The notes under the pieces are model-generated. The model saw only the letters and a list, made by a program, of their open reading frames with translations, was not told the origin of the DNA and searched no databases. The translations under genes and the position numbers were made by a program. Below are positions 33,365 through 50,480 of a stretch of 64,000 nucleotides of DNA, one piece after another; the first letter of the stretch is position 1, and each line of letters opens with the position of its first letter. The DNA is from Scenedesmus sp. PABB004 (lineage: Eukaryota). The stretch spans positions 1,364,001 to 1,428,000 of the forward strand of contig JABVCE010000003.1 in assembly GCA_014905635.1 (NCBI GenBank), given 5' to 3'.

Positions 33365-35978
33365 ATGCGCACGGCCTGGGCGCTCGGCGCCGCCACCGCC
33401 ACCTACTGGATCGGCCTCGCCTGGTTCCTGGCGGGCGGCTCGCTGCGCGGCTGCCCCGTCGGGAGCCCGGCAGCGCAGGTGCACGCGTTCACGCTCGCTG
33501 CTGCGCTCCGCTTCTGGGGCCGGCCCCACTACCGCGCGAGCAGCTGGGCCGCGGACCTGCGGGCCAACCTCAGCAACGTCGCCATTCCTGGCACGGGTGC
33601 GCCGGCCGGCCGCGGCGGCGGCGCCGCAGCGCGCGGCGGCGGCGGCGGCGGCCGGAGGCCGCGGCCCACGGGCGCCTGCTGCGTCTCTCGGCGCACGCCG
33701 CAGGCGTGCCGCTGAGTGTGTTTGCGGCCAACCGCGCGGCGCTGCTGCTCTTTCTGGTGGTCCTGAACCCCCTCGCGTGCCTCGCTGCGGCGGCGTACCT
33801 CACGCTCCGGGGGCTGCCGCCGAGCGCGGCGGAGCAGCAGCAGCAGGCGGAGGCGGAGCAGCAGCAGGTGCCGCCGCGGGCGCCCGGGCTGGCGGCGACG
33901 TACGCTGAGCTGCTGCTCGAGCCGCGGCACTGGTTTGCGGTGTGGCGGCACAACTGCCTGCTCTCTGGGTATCATGCGCTGATCACGCGCAGCAGCAGCT
34001 ACGCCTTGGAGGACAAGGTGGGCCACGCGGGGCGCCGCGTCCCCGCCGCGAGCACGCCGCTGCGAGCACGCCGCGGCGAGCACGCCGCGGCGGGCGGGGC
34101 GCGCGAGCCGGCGCCGCGCCGCGTGCAGGGCACGTTCCTGCTGGAGGGCGACCGCCTGGGCCTGCCGGTCAGCCCTTTCCTGCGCGACGCGTCGTGCGTG
34201 TACGTGAAGCACAAAGCAATCGAGGGTGGGATGGGCATTCACGTGTACAGGTGCGGCGGCAGCTGCGCCAGTGGCCGGGGCCTGCAGGCATGGCGGCGGC
34301 GGCGGCGTCGCGCGGAGCGCCCAGCGCCGACGCGGCCCCGCGCCGGCGCGCGCGCGCGCCCGCGCCGCAGGAACTTTGCGCACGGCGGCGACTGGTGCGC
34401 CGGCCGGCGTGCTCGGGCGCGGGGGCGTCCGAGCTGGCCGGCGCGCGGTCGGTCAACTAGCTGCGCGGCCGCCGACCGCGCAGGATCATTCAGCCGGCGC
34501 TCGCCAACGCGGACTGCCTGTCGGCGATGCTGCCGCCTGGCGCGCCGCTCAGCACGCTGCGTGTCGTGACCGCGTCCATCGCGTGGTGCGGCGCGGCGCC
34601 GGCTCGGGTTCGTCGCGCGCGCCGCGCAGCCCTCGGAGCAGGGCCCCTCAGCCCCGCCGCCGCCCCTCAGCGCACGCCCTTGCTGCCGCCGTCGCCCCTG
34701 CCGCAGGCTCGAGTCCCAGGGCGCGCTGGAGGAGCGCGGCGCGCTGGAGATCACCCAAGCGCGCGTGCCGAGCCGGCAGGGCTGGCGGCGCGCGCTGCGC
34801 GCGAGCCCGGGGCAGCAGCGCAGCGCGGCGCGGCGCAGCGCGTCGCCCGCGCAGCCGGGCGAGCACCAGGCGGCGGGGCAGTCGCCGCCGCTGCCCTGCT
34901 CAGCCGGCTTCATGCGGCGGCTGAGCGTGGAGGGCCGGGCGGGGCAATTTGCGGACGCCGTGAGCGCGCTGCGGCAGCAGGGCCTGGCCGACCCGGCGCT
35001 GTGCGCCAGCAGCTCGCCCGAGGCGGCGGCGGCGGTTGCGGTTGCGGCGGCGGCGGCGGCGGCGGCGGCTCAGCCGCAGCAGAAACAGGAGCAGCAGCAG
35101 GAGCAGCAGCAGGAGCGGTCGCCGCACGTAGCGAGTGAGGGCGACGAGGGCGACGACGACGACGACGGTGCGTGGGCTGGCCGCGTCGAGGTGGTGACGG
35201 CCGTGTGGCGAGCAGGTGGGCGGCGGCAGCGCAGCCCCGCCGGCCACGCTGCGCTGCGCCGGCGCGCCGCGGCCCCCGCTGATGGCCGTGCGCCGCCGCC
35301 GCCGCTGGTCAGGCCTCGCCGGCGCCGACACCGACCACAGCTGCGTGTGCTTCGACGTCAACACCGGCACAGGCGAGCTGGGCCTGGGCGTCACCGCCAA
35401 CCACTGGTACCGCCTGGGGATGCGCGGCGCGGGGCGCGTCGACGCCGCCGCGGCGCGCGTGTGGACGACGCACCCCGACTCCGGCGCGCGCGTCACGGGT
35501 GCGCGGCGCTCGCGCCGCCGCACGGCGCTGGCGCGCCTCTGCCGCTGGCAGGTGCCGGTTCGGCGCCCGGAGCCCGCCCGCCCGCGCGCCGCAGGGCGCG
35601 TGCTGCCGGGCGTGGCCGGGGTGCTCGCCGCGGTGGCGCAAGCCCACATGGTCGCCGCGCCCGACCTGCCGCTGATCGGTTGGGACGTAGCGCTCACGCC
35701 GGGTGCGGCGGCGGCGCCGCCGCGCGCGCCAGCGGCGGCGTGCGCCCGCTCTGCGCGTGCGCACGCGCGCCGACGCCGCCCCGCTGCGCTGTCGCCTGCC
35801 AGGCGGCGCGTTCCTGCTCGAGGCAAACCTGTCCTGCAACCTGTTTAACGGTTCGTTTGATTCGGCCGGCTACTACCGCATGGCCTGGACCACGCTCGCG
35901 CACCTGCAGGCGCTCGACGACGCGCGGGCGGCGCAGCGGCGCCGGCGCCGCCGCGCGGGCGGCAGCAAGGGCGACTGA
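33365..35978 (+). CDS. Membrane-anchored ATP-grasp protein (sugar-transfer-associated / alpha-L-glutamate ligase-like family)
   Basis: Hydrophobic N-terminal helices. Spliced motifs VKHKAIEGGMGI, WIIQPAL.N, LSTLRVVT, WRAGLAGADTDH, HPDSGARVTG, IGWDVALTPGG and LLEANLS. Stop TGA 35976-35978. Confidence 0.8.
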
Positions 35979-36494
35979 CGGCCGCGCGCCGCGCGCGCGG
36001 GGCGGCGCCGCGCGGGGCGGCAAGGGCGGCAGACGGGCGCCTCGCGCGCGCGCGCGCCGCGCTGCGTCTCCGCTGCTGCCGCCGCGCGGCGGCGGCGGCC
36101 ACGGCGGACGCGCATCTGACGGCGGCGGCCTGGCGGCGTGCCCGGCGCTCAGACTGGCGCGCGGGCTCCCGGGAGCAGCGGGTGGGTGTGGTTGGTCGGG
36201 TCTGTGCAACCGAACGCTGCGTCCCGAGATCCCGCGCTCGCCCGTGCCCGCGCAGAGCTCTCTGGGAGTGGAGTCTGACGCTGCCGCGGGCGGCCGGGGA
36301 GCTCGACCGCTCGACCGCAGCACTCAACCCTCTGCTGCGCGGCCTCTCGTCACATTCCCAAGGCGCCCCCCGCGGCGCCCCGGACCCCACAACGGCCTCC
36401 CCGCGACCGGTGGCGTCTTCAATTCGGTGCGCCCCGCCCCCGGCTCGCACGCAGTCGCCTCCGTTTCCACCTCAGGCCGCGCAGACGCGCAGCC

Positions 36495-37103
36495 ATGAGC
36501 TTCCAGGGCGAGGCCAACGAGACCCAGCAGCCGCCGCAGCCCACGCTGTGTGTGCAGGGCTGCGGCTTCTTCTCGTGAGTGGGGGGGCTCCGCCGGGGGG
36601 CGGGCGCCCATGCATGCCCCCGCGCGCCGCGCCCGGCGCGCGCCTGACCCAATGCCTCCCGCAGGAACGTGGGCAGCAACGGCATGTGCAGCAAGTGCTA
36701 CCGCGAGCACAGCGCGGAGCTCGCCGCGGCGAGCAAGGCCGAGGAGGCCATCCGGGCGAGCGCCTCGGCAGCCGAGGCGCAGCCGTGCGCGCCCGAGGCC
36801 GCCGCGCCGCCCGCGCCGGAGCCGGCCCAGCCCGAGCCCGCCGCCCTGCCGGCCCCGGAGGCCGGCCCGGCGCCGTCGAGCAGCCCCGAGGCCGGGGCCA
36901 AGGCGTCCACGCGCTGCCAGGTGTGCCGCAAGAAGGTCGGCCTCACCGGCTTCAAGTGCCGCTGCTCCCCCTGCGCCGTGTTCTGCGGGACGCACCGCTA
37001 CGCGGAGGCGCACGACTGCGAGTTCGACTACAAGGCAGCGCAGCGCGAGAAGCTCGCCGCCGCCAACCCCGTGGTGCAGGCGGCCAAGGTCGAGCGCATC
37101 TGA
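36495..37103 (+). CDS. A20/AN1 zinc-finger stress-associated protein, 2 exons
   Basis: A20 finger LCVQGCGFFS-NVGSNGMCSKCYRE. AN1 finger RCQVCRKKVGLTGFKCRC...FCGTHRYAEAHDCEFDYK, ending ANPVVQAAKVERI*. Confidence 0.96.
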
Positions 37104-37412
37104 GCGCCCCGCCGGCGCAGCCTCCCCCCTCTTGTACAACACAGCGAGGCGCGCCGGCGCGCGCCGCCGCCACGGCGCGCTCCGCGCGGCCGCCGGCCGC
37201 GCGGCGCCGCCGCGCAGCGACAGCGCCGGCGGCGGCTCGGCGGGGCGCGGCAGCGGCCGCGGCCCGGCCCCGCCCGCGCCGCCGGCGGGCGGCGGCGCGC
37301 GCGGCGCAGCAGCGGGCTAGCAGCGACGGGCTAGCAGCAGCGGCAGGCTCGGCGGGCGCGCGGCGGCCGCGCCGGCCGGCGCGGCGCCGCAGCCGAGCGC
37401 CCCAGGGGCGCG

Positions 37413-37415
<3 letters not shown>

Positions 37416-37443
<28 letters not shown>
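37416..37443. repeat. (CT)n microsatellite
   Basis: Run of ctctct... between the convergent A20/AN1 and helicase genes. Confidence 0.9.
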
Positions 37444-37448
<5 letters not shown>

Positions 37449-38156
37449 CTGTACCATCTTGCCGGCGCGGCCGGCGGCAGCAGGGCGCGGCGGTGCGCGC
37501 GCGCGGGCCTCCTGCTGGCCCGCGGTGCGCGCTGCGCGCGCGGGCGGGGGCGCGGCGGCGGCGCGCGAGCGCGCGCCTGCGGCCGGGCAGGCAGCCCTGC
37601 CAGGCGCGGGCGCGCGCGGGGCGGGGCGCGGCGCGCCCCGGGCGGCTGCGGTTGCGGCGGGGCGGCGACGGTCCGGATGGCCGCCGAGCGAGGGCGTCGT
37701 CGCGCTCGATCAGCGGCGGGCCGCGGGGGGGCAGGGCTGGGCGGGCAGGGCGCAGCAGCAGCAGCAGCAGCAGGGCGCGTGGGCGCGCATCTGTACCACC
37801 ATTTGATTGGGTAGGTCGGGCGGGGCGCGAGAGATGCTTGCCAGGATTGCCTTGCCTGCTTGCCTCGACGCTGCAACCGCCTCGCACGCCCGCCGACGTC
37901 GGTCGCAGCAGTAGCACCACCGCCAGCAGCAGCCAACAGCTCCCGCACGCCCTCCTTCCTCCCGCCAGACCGCGCGCAAGCAAACGTCCAGCCAGACCGC
38001 ACGCAAGCGAACCCGCGCACACGCCGCGCGTGGCGGCGCCCGCCCGCCGCCCGGCCCGCGCCTCCCCGATCGCCGCGCGGGCCGCGTCCACCGCGCGGCG
38101 CGCAACAGCGGGGCGCCAGAGCGGGCGCGCGCGCCGCGGCCGGCGGCTCGCCCCCC

Positions 38157-42502
<4,346 letters not shown>

Positions 42503-42830
42503 GCTGCCGGTGCGGCGCCGGTCAGGCGGAGCGCATGACCGCCCTGCGCGCCGGGGGGCGCCCGCGAGTGCCCCCGCTGCTGCCTGCCCGCGCGGGGAGC
42601 GGCCCGGCGCTCAGCTGTGGCCTCTGATCGCTGGCGCGGCGCGGCGGTCGGTGTCGCTACGTGCCGGCGGACTTGCGGCCGGCGGCGCCGGCTGCGGGAG
42701 CAGCGGCGGCGGCACGCGGGCTGGCGCTGCGTGCGCGGATGCCCGCCGGGCTCTCGCGAGTGTCGACTCCGCAAGTGGAGCGGGTGACGTGCCAGAGGGC
42801 GTGCGCCGGCGCGGGAACCAGCCGTTACGC

Positions 42831-45800
42831 CTAGAGCCGCACCGCGACCGCCGACAGCGGCGCGGCGCCCCAGCGCCCCAGCTGCACCGGCAGCGGCCGC
42901 GCGGGCGCGGCCCCGCCGCCCGCCGCGGCGTCGCCGCCGGCGCCGTCGGCCGGCCCGTCGCCCGGCTCGTGCGCCGCCTCGCCCCGCCAGTCGCCGGCTG
43001 CCGCTGCAGCCGCGTTGGCCTCCTCAACCAGCGCCGCGACGCCGCCCGGCTGCGGCGGCGGCGCCAGGCCCCACGCGGCGCCGAGCTGCAGCACCAGGCC
43101 GCCGAGCCACGGGCTCGCCGGCAGGGCCTCGCCCGGCTCGAGCGCCGCCGCGCAGCGCAGCCCCGCGAGCAGCTCGGGCCAGCCGCGGGGCTTGACCGGC
43201 GTGAGCGCCCGGTAGCGCCGCACCCAGCCCGCCTCCCACTCGCCCGGCGGCAGGTGGCGCGGGCCCAGCTGGCCCAGCCCCACCGCGACGAGCCCGCAGC
43301 CGCGCAGCGACGCGCCCGCCCACTTGGCCCCGCACTCGGCGTAGAGCTCCGCCCACCACGCGTCGGCGTCGGGCGGGTCAGCGCCGTACTGCGCGAGGCC
43401 CCAGGCGAGCAGGCAGAGGCCGTCGCCGCTGAGGCCGTCGAGCTTGCGCCGCGCCTCGCCGGCCAGCCGCGACAGCAGCGCCGGCGGCAGCAGCTGCCCG
43501 AGGCTCGCCAGGCCGTACAGCAGCAGGCCGTAGTCTTCATTCTCAAACGCGGGCAGCTGACCAGACGCGGCCGACACAAACGCCTTGGACGCGGCGCGGG
43601 GCACGCGGCGCGTGCGAGCGCGTGCGAGCGCGTCAGCACGGCGTCGGCGCGCGCGCGCGCGGAGGCAAGCCAAGCCCGCCGCCGCGCCACGGGGCGCGCG
43701 CGCGAGCTGCCGCCGCGCCGCACCGCCATCCACGCGTCGCTCGGGCGCCAGCGCAGGTCGGCGAGTGCGGCAATGATGAGGGCGAGCTCCATGCAGCTGC
43801 ACGACGCCAGCACGCCGCTCGCCGCGCGCGTGAGCCCCCGCATGAGCTCCGCCGGCGGCGCCACGCCGAGCGCGGCCATGGCCGACAGCCCGTGCGCGAG
43901 CGCCTGGGGGCCAAAGCCCTCGGCGCAGCGCAGCGCGGACGCGCACCACGCCACGCCCCAGGCGCGGCTCGGCAGCGGCTGCGCCAGCGCGGCGAGGCCC
44001 CACAGCGCCATCGCGAGCGCGTCGGGCGGCGCGCCCGGCAGCTGCGCCTCGAGCTGCGCCAGCAGCGCGCGCAGGTAGGAGCGGTCGGGCACGTACCTGC
44101 GGCGGCGCGCGGCGCGGCGCGGCGCGGCGCGTCAGCCCCCCGCGCCCCGTGGCCCCCGCCCCGCGCCGCGGCCCCCGCGGCCCCCGCGCCCCGCGCCCTC
44201 CGGCCCGGCCCGCGCGGCGGCCCGGCAGCGGCGGCGCGCCTGAAGCGCGAGAACGCCCAGAGCACGGTCGCGGCCTGCCGCGCGCCCCACGCGCCCATGA
44301 CCGCCGGCGGCGACGAGTGGGTGATGGCGTCAAAGAGGAACAGCCGCCCCGGGTGCCACCCCGACGCGCCGGCGGGGCCGCCGGGGGCGGGCGGGTAAGC
44401 CGCCAGGGCGCCGAGCACCGCGGCGAGCGCGGAGGGCTTGAACGTGTGCATCACCCGCCGCGCCGCCGACGTGAGCGTGCGGCAGACCTCGGCGCGCGGC
44501 TTGTACCCGAGCGACGAGAGCGCCGGCAGCAGCAGCGCGAGCTGCGGCGCCGTGAACGAGCTGCGGCGGGCGCGGCGCGGCGGCGTCGGGTGCGGCGGCG
44601 CCGGCGTGCAGCCCGCGGCGCCGGCGCGTGCCGGCGGTGGCGGTGGGCTCACCGGATGCGGTACGCCGCCATGCCCGCGAGCGCGCGCAGCCAGAGGCGG
44701 TCCGGCACGCAGCCGAGCGACGCGAGCGCCCACGCGGCGTGGGCGAGGCCCTCGGCGTTGAAGCCGTCCAGTGTCTGCCGGCTCGCGGCGAGCCACGAGG
44801 CCATCCAGGGCTCCGGCGGGAGGAACGCCATGCGGCTAAACCCCCAGAGCACGCCCCACAGCTGGCTGGGCTGCAGCCTGTCGCGCGGCGCGCGGCGCGC
44901 CGGCGGCGGCGGGTCCGCGGCGCGCGGCGCGCGGCGCGGCGAGGCGTGCTGCAGCGGCGGGTCCGCGGCGCGCGGCGCGCGGCGCGCGGCGGCCGCGCCC
45001 ACCTCGCGAGGAGCGGGTGGCTGGCCGCCGCCGCGTCGTCGAGCCACTGCCGCGCGGGCTGGTGGTTGACCGTGCCCAGGCCCCACAGCAGGTTGGCAAG
45101 GTCCGCCGCGCCCCAGGCCGCGACCTCCGGCGGCAGCGCCCCCGGCTCGGCGCCGGCCTCCGCCGCCGCGGCCGCGCGCGCCGCGGCCGCGGCCGCGCGC
45201 GCCAGCAGCGCCCCCGACGCGCGCTCGAGCGCGCCCGAGAGCGGCGCGCTGCTCGTGCCGAGCACGGCCGCGCCGTACGCGACCGCCGCGAGCTGTGCGG
45301 GCGTCGCGGCGCCGGCGGCGCCGCCGGCGCGCAAGCACTCGACCGTCTGCGCGGCGAGCGCGTCGACGAAGCCATCGTACGCGCAGCGCTCCGGGTGGCT
45401 CATGCGCACAAATGCCTTGCGCGTCACGATGCCTGCGCGAGCGCGCGGGGAGCGCGCGGCGACGCGGCGGCGGGTCGGGCGCCGGCGCGCGCCGGCGCCG
45501 CGCGCGCGGCATGCCCAGAGGAGGCCCGCACCCGCGAGGCGCTTCCACATCGCCGCCGGCACCGCGAGCGGCAGGTCGGGGCCGCCGAAGACGGTGATCA
45601 CCTGGCTGAGCTGCAGCCACGCCTCGCACACGCCGACCTGCTGGCGGCGGCGGCGCGGCGCGGGCGTGCGGCGTCGGCGGCGGCGGCGGCCGCGGCGCGG
45701 GCGCGGGAGCCCCCCGCCGCCAGGCGCCGGGGGGCATCAGCCCGGCGGGTCATCAACGCCCTGGTCAACGCTGGAGCCGCACCTGGTACACGAGCTGGTT

Positions 45801-46568
45801 GGCCTGCTGCTGCCGGCTGACCACCATGCTGGCGAGCTGGCGCATGTAGGCAAGGTGCGCGGCGTGCTGCCGCTGCACCGCGGCCCAGCGCGGGTCGTCC
45901 GGCAGCAGCGGCGCCTGCTGCGCCTGCTGCGCCCGCCCTGCCGCGGCCGCGTCTGCCTGCGGCGGCGAGGGCGCGCCCGCGCCGGGCGCTGCCGGGGGCG
46001 CGGCGGGCGCCGCGCCGCCGTCGTCCGCCTCCAGCTCGTACGGTGCGCGCGCCTCGACGCGGCCCTGCCGCCGGCGCGCCTGGCGGGCCCTGGCGGCGGC
46101 CGCCGCTGCCGCGGCGGTGAGGCAGACCTCGCCGGGGCCGAGGCCCTCCGGCCCGGGCGGCCCCGCGCCCGCGGCGGGCGCCGCCGCGCCGCCGCCGAGG
46201 CGCGGCGGGCGCGGCACGTCGTGGCGCACGTCGTAGCCTGCCAGCAGCGGCAGCGCGGCCGCGACCGCCGCGTCCCAGCTCGCGGCCAGCGCCGTGCTCG
46301 GCGCGCCGCCCGGCGGCGGCGCCGGCTGCTCCGGCTGCGGCTGCCGCTGCAGCCGCTCCGGCTCGTCGCCGCCGTCGCCGCCCGCCTGCCAGCCGTCGGG
46401 CAGCCACCCGTCCTCGCCGTCCTTGTCCTCGTCGCTGCCGTCCAGCCACAGGAGGCCGTCGCCGCCCTCGGCGCCGCTCGCGCCCGCCGGGCCGAGGCCC
46501 GCCGCGTCGCCGTCCTCGCCGTCCTCGCCCTCCTCGCTGTCATCGCCCAGCAGCTCCCAGAGGCCCGC

Positions 46569-46628
<60 letters not shown>

Positions 46629-47078
46629 CGACGCGCCGCTGCCGCCGGCGCGCGCGGCCGGGTCCGGCGGGCGGCCGAGGCGCTGCTGCGCCAGCGGCTG
46701 CTGCTGCGGCGCCGCGCCGTCAAACAGGGGCGCCTCCCAGGGCTCTGCAACCTCCCAGGGCTCTGCGACGTAGCCCGGCTGGAGCGGCGACAACTCCGCC
46801 GCCTGGCGCAGCTGCTCCAGCGTCGCCGCGGCCGCCGGCGGCAGCGACTGCGCAGCGCCGTCGTCGTCGCGGCCGGGCGCCGCCGGCTGCCTGCTGCTGC
46901 TGCTGCTGCTGCTGCGGCCGCGGCCGCGGCGCGGCGGCGGCTGCCGCCCACTGCCGGTGCCCTGCTGCTGCGCCGCCGGCGGCGCCGGCGCGCGGCTGCG
47001 CGCCGGCCGGCCCCGGGCGGCGGCGCGGCGCGGCGGGGCGCCCACCGCCCCCGCCGGCAGCGCGCTGCCGGCGCGCAT
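42831..47078 (-). CDS. Octotricopeptide-repeat (OPR) protein, probable organellar RNA-binding factor
   Basis: About 38-aa helical repeats: LANLLWGLGTVNHQPARQWL, LWGVLWGFSRMAFLPPEPWM, LAHAAWALASLGCVPDRLWL, LAMALWGLAALAQP, PPGEW. Arg/Ala-rich N-terminus and poly-Asp tract. Start codon choice is uncertain. Confidence 0.85.
46570..46627. repeat. (GTC)n trinucleotide repeat encoding poly-Asp in the OPR protein
   Basis: Perfect tcgtcg... run that reads GAC repeats on the minus strand. Confidence 0.9.
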
Positions 47079-47402
47079 CTCGCCGGCGCGGCTACGCGCG
47101 CGCCGGCCGCTGGCCTAGCTGCATGCCACGAGATCGGCGGGCGCGCCTGCGGGCGGCGGCAGCGGCGGCGGCGGCGCGCTCGGCAGCGGCCGGCAGCGAC
47201 GGGCGCGCCGCGCGCCGCGCGGGCAGCGCGTGCTGCCCGCAGCGCGCCCAGGCGTGGTGGAGGCCATGCTGACGCTCTGGCGCATTGCTGCTGGCGGCCA
47301 GCGCGGCGCAGCAGGGCGGGTGCGCGCGACGACGGGCAGCAGCAGCCCCACCTGGCGCCGGGGCGGCACGGCGCGGCCCGGTCTCCCGCCGAGGGCGCTG
47401 GT

Positions 47403-47807
47403 GGCGCGGACCTCCACGCGTCTCGGCCGCCCGCGGGCGCTGTCGGCCTGCCGGCTGGCCGCGGGCGGCAGGCTGGCCGGCCGCTGGTGGCGCACGCGCG
47501 GGCCTGCGCGGGCGGCGCGGCGCGGGCTGCGGTGCGACGGCCTGGCGGCACGCTGGCGCGCCGCGTCGCTGGGCGCCGCGCGCGTGCGCTGGCAAAACCG
47601 CGCCCCGGGGCCCCGCTCGTCAGTGCCGCTGTTTGTGACGCTGTCAGCATTTGAGCACGCGGCCACAGCTGCCCCGCCGTCCGCCCGCGCCGTCCGCCAG
47701 CGACCCGCGCCCGGCCCGCGTGAGGCCCGCGCCAGCCGCCGCGCGTTGTTGCGCGCGCGCCGCCCAAACTCGCCCTGAGCGGCCGCCGGAGCCCGACCGG
47801 GGCTCCC
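47403..47807. repeat. 405-bp direct repeat, copy 1 (divergent intergenic region between the OPR and Cys-knuckle genes)
   Basis: Matches 54605-55009 at offset 7202. I saw only two mismatches (47484/54686 and 47800/55002). Confidence 0.95.
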
Positions 47808-47832
47808 CCCCAAGCCAGTCAAGACGCCGAGC

Positions 47833-50166
47833 ATGTATTGTAAGGCGGGGGTGCTCTGCACCAACCCCGAGGTGCGGCTCGGCCCCCGCCCGCGCGCTGG
47901 CGGGGCCCAGGGCCCCACGGGCGGCGCGTGACGGGTCGCGGCGGCGCCCCTGCGCGCTGGGCGAGCGGTGGGCGCCCGCGGACGCCCGTGCGCGCGGGGC
48001 GGCTCGCGCATGGGCCCGACCATCGCGCGCGCCGCGTGCAGATATATGGCGACATCAAGCGCGGCCGCCGGCTGGCGCCGAGCAAGGGCATCACTTGCCC
48101 GCGCTGCCAGGGCAAGTGCTGCAACGAGGCGTGCATGGAGAAGCACAAGTGCAAGCAGCGCGCGCGGCAGAACGCAAACGCCGGCGGCGGCGGCCGCGTG
48201 AGCCACCCGCGCGCCTGGCCGGCCGACTACGGCGGCTTCGACCTCAGCGGCGGCCAGCTCGGCATCACCGACCCCAACATGCTCGCCGCGCTCTCGGGCA
48301 TGCGCGGCGCGGGCGGGCTGCTGCTGCCACAGCAGATGGGCCAGCAGGGCTACCAGGGGCTCATGGTCGGCCCGGGTGCGCGGCGCCGCCGCCGCCGCAC
48401 CGGGCGGTGGCCCGTGCCCGCCTGAGCGCGCGCGCGCACGGCGGCGGCCCCTCCGCCCCGCGCGCGCGCCGCCGCGCTCGCCTCCCGCCGGCCCCGCGCG
48501 CCCGCGCGCCCACGCGCGCCCACTCACGCCCACGCGCGCGCCCGCCCGCGGCCCGCCCGCGGCCCCGGCAGACGGCAACATGATGCCCCTCATCCCGGTG
48601 CTGCCGCTGCCGCTGATGTTCAACCCCGGCCTGGGGCAGGGCATCGAGGGCATGACCGCGGCCGACCTGCAGGCCGCGCTCGCGGCGATGCAGGGCGGCG
48701 GCGCGGCGGCGATGGCCGGCGGCAGCGCGCCGATGATGCTCGCGCCGCTGCCGTCGGGCGACGGCGCGACGCCGACCGCGGCGGCCGCGGCGGCGGCAAA
48801 CGCGTCGCAGGCGCTGCAGTTTGCGCAGCTGCAGAGCCTCAGCGCGAGCGGGCAGCTGCCGACGCTGCTGCAGCTCAGCGTGCAGCCCGACGGCTCGGGC
48901 GGGCTCGTGCAGGCCAACGGCGCGCGCCTGCAGCTGCCGGCGGGGCTGGGCATGCCGCTGCAGCTGCAGGGCGGGCTGCAGATCCTCGGCGCCGAGGGGC
49001 TCGGCGGCGCGGCGATGCAGCTCGACGCCGCGACGATGCAGGCCATGGGCATCGTGCTCCCCGACGGCGCCGGCGACGGCGCCGCCGCCGACGGCGGCGC
49101 GCCGGGCGGCGGCGGCGCCGCGGGGGGCCTGCCGCTCATGCCCGGGCTGTCGGCGATGGGCGCCAACCTGCTGGACTCGTCCGCGCTCGCCGCCGCGGCG
49201 GCCGCCGCGGCCGCGGAGCAGGCCGGCGCCGAGGCGGGCGGCATGGCGGTCGACGGCGACCCGGGCGGCGACGGCGGCGCCGCCGACGGCGCCGCGCTCG
49301 CGGCCGCGCAGGCGGCCGGCGTGGACGCGGCGGCGCTGCAGAGCGCGCTCGACGCGGCGGCCGGCGTGGGCCTGGCCGCCGCAGCCGCCGCCGGCGGCGG
49401 CGCGCCCGACGCCGGCGCGGCGGCGGCCGAGCTCGGCGGCGAGGCGGGCGCCGCGGGCGCCGGCGCGGCGCCCGGCGAGCCGGCGCCGGGCCTGGCCCCC
49501 GCCGGCGGCGCCGCGGGCGCGGGCGCGGACGCCGGCGGCGGCGGCGGCGGCGGCGCGTCGTCGCTGCCGGCCATCGCGCCGCTCAACATGTCGCCCGCGA
49601 TCGCGGAGGCGCTGAAGGCGCAGCTGGGCGGCTTCGGCGGCGGCGCCGAGGAGGGCGCCGCCGCGGCGGCGCTCATGAGCATGGTCGCGACGGACAAGAA
49701 GCAAAAGGCGGAGGAGGCGGCCGCGCAGGCGCAGGCGGCGGCCGCGGCGGCGCAGGCGGGCATCATCAGCGCCGCCGCCGCGCAGCAGGCGCTCGAGACG
49801 GCGCAGCGGCTCGCGCAGGAGGTCGCGGCGGACGAGGCCGGCGGCGCCGCCGGCGCCGCCGGCGACGGCGCGCTGCAGCAGGCGGCCGCGGCGCTCGCGG
49901 CGGCGCAGGGCGGCGCGGCGGAGCAGCTGCAGCAGCAGCTGCTCGCGCAGGCGCAGGCGCAGGCGGCGGCGCTGCAGCAGCAGGCCACCGCCGCGCTGGA
50001 GCAGCAGGGGGCCGCGGACGAGCACAAGCCGGCGCCGCAGCTCCTCGACGACGCGGCCGCCCCGCCGCAGCCGCAGCAGGAGCAGCTGCAGGAGCAGCCG
50101 GACGCGGGGCAGCAGCAGCAGCAGCAGCCGGAGGGCGACGGCGCCGTCAAGCTCGAGCAGAGCTGA
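47833..50166 (+). CDS. Hypothetical protein with N-terminal Cys/His cluster and long Ala/Gly/Gln-rich region, 3 exons
   Basis: Spliced MYCKAGVLCTNPE-IYGDIKRGRRLAPSKGITCPRCQGKCCNEACMEKHKCKQRARQ, then a low-complexity tail ending AVKLEQS*. Introns have clean GT-AG ends. Confidence 0.8.
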
Positions 50167-50480
50167 GCGCGGGCGCGCGCGCGAGGGTGGCGGCGCGAGT
50201 TGTTGCGTCGTTGTTGTGGCTCGCCAGGCCCCGCGCAGGGCGGGCGCGAGTGCAACGCCGTTTTTTTTGCGCGCGTCGTGACAGCGCGGCGGCGTGACAG
50301 CGCCGCGCGGCGGCGGCGGCGCGCACAACCGACCCGCTCCCTCACTCGTTCCGCACCCACGACCGAGCGCGCATCACCGGCCCGCGCCGCGCCGCCGAGG
50401 CGCGTCGGCACGCGCCAGCCACAGCAGCTCGCGTGGCCACACAGCTTGGCGCGCATTGCGCGCCCGCGCCGCCTGCGGCG

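Noticed and set aside
47092..47285. Upstream ORFs before the OPR start codon
   Set aside because: The OPR start and transcription start are uncertain, so uORF status cannot be supported.
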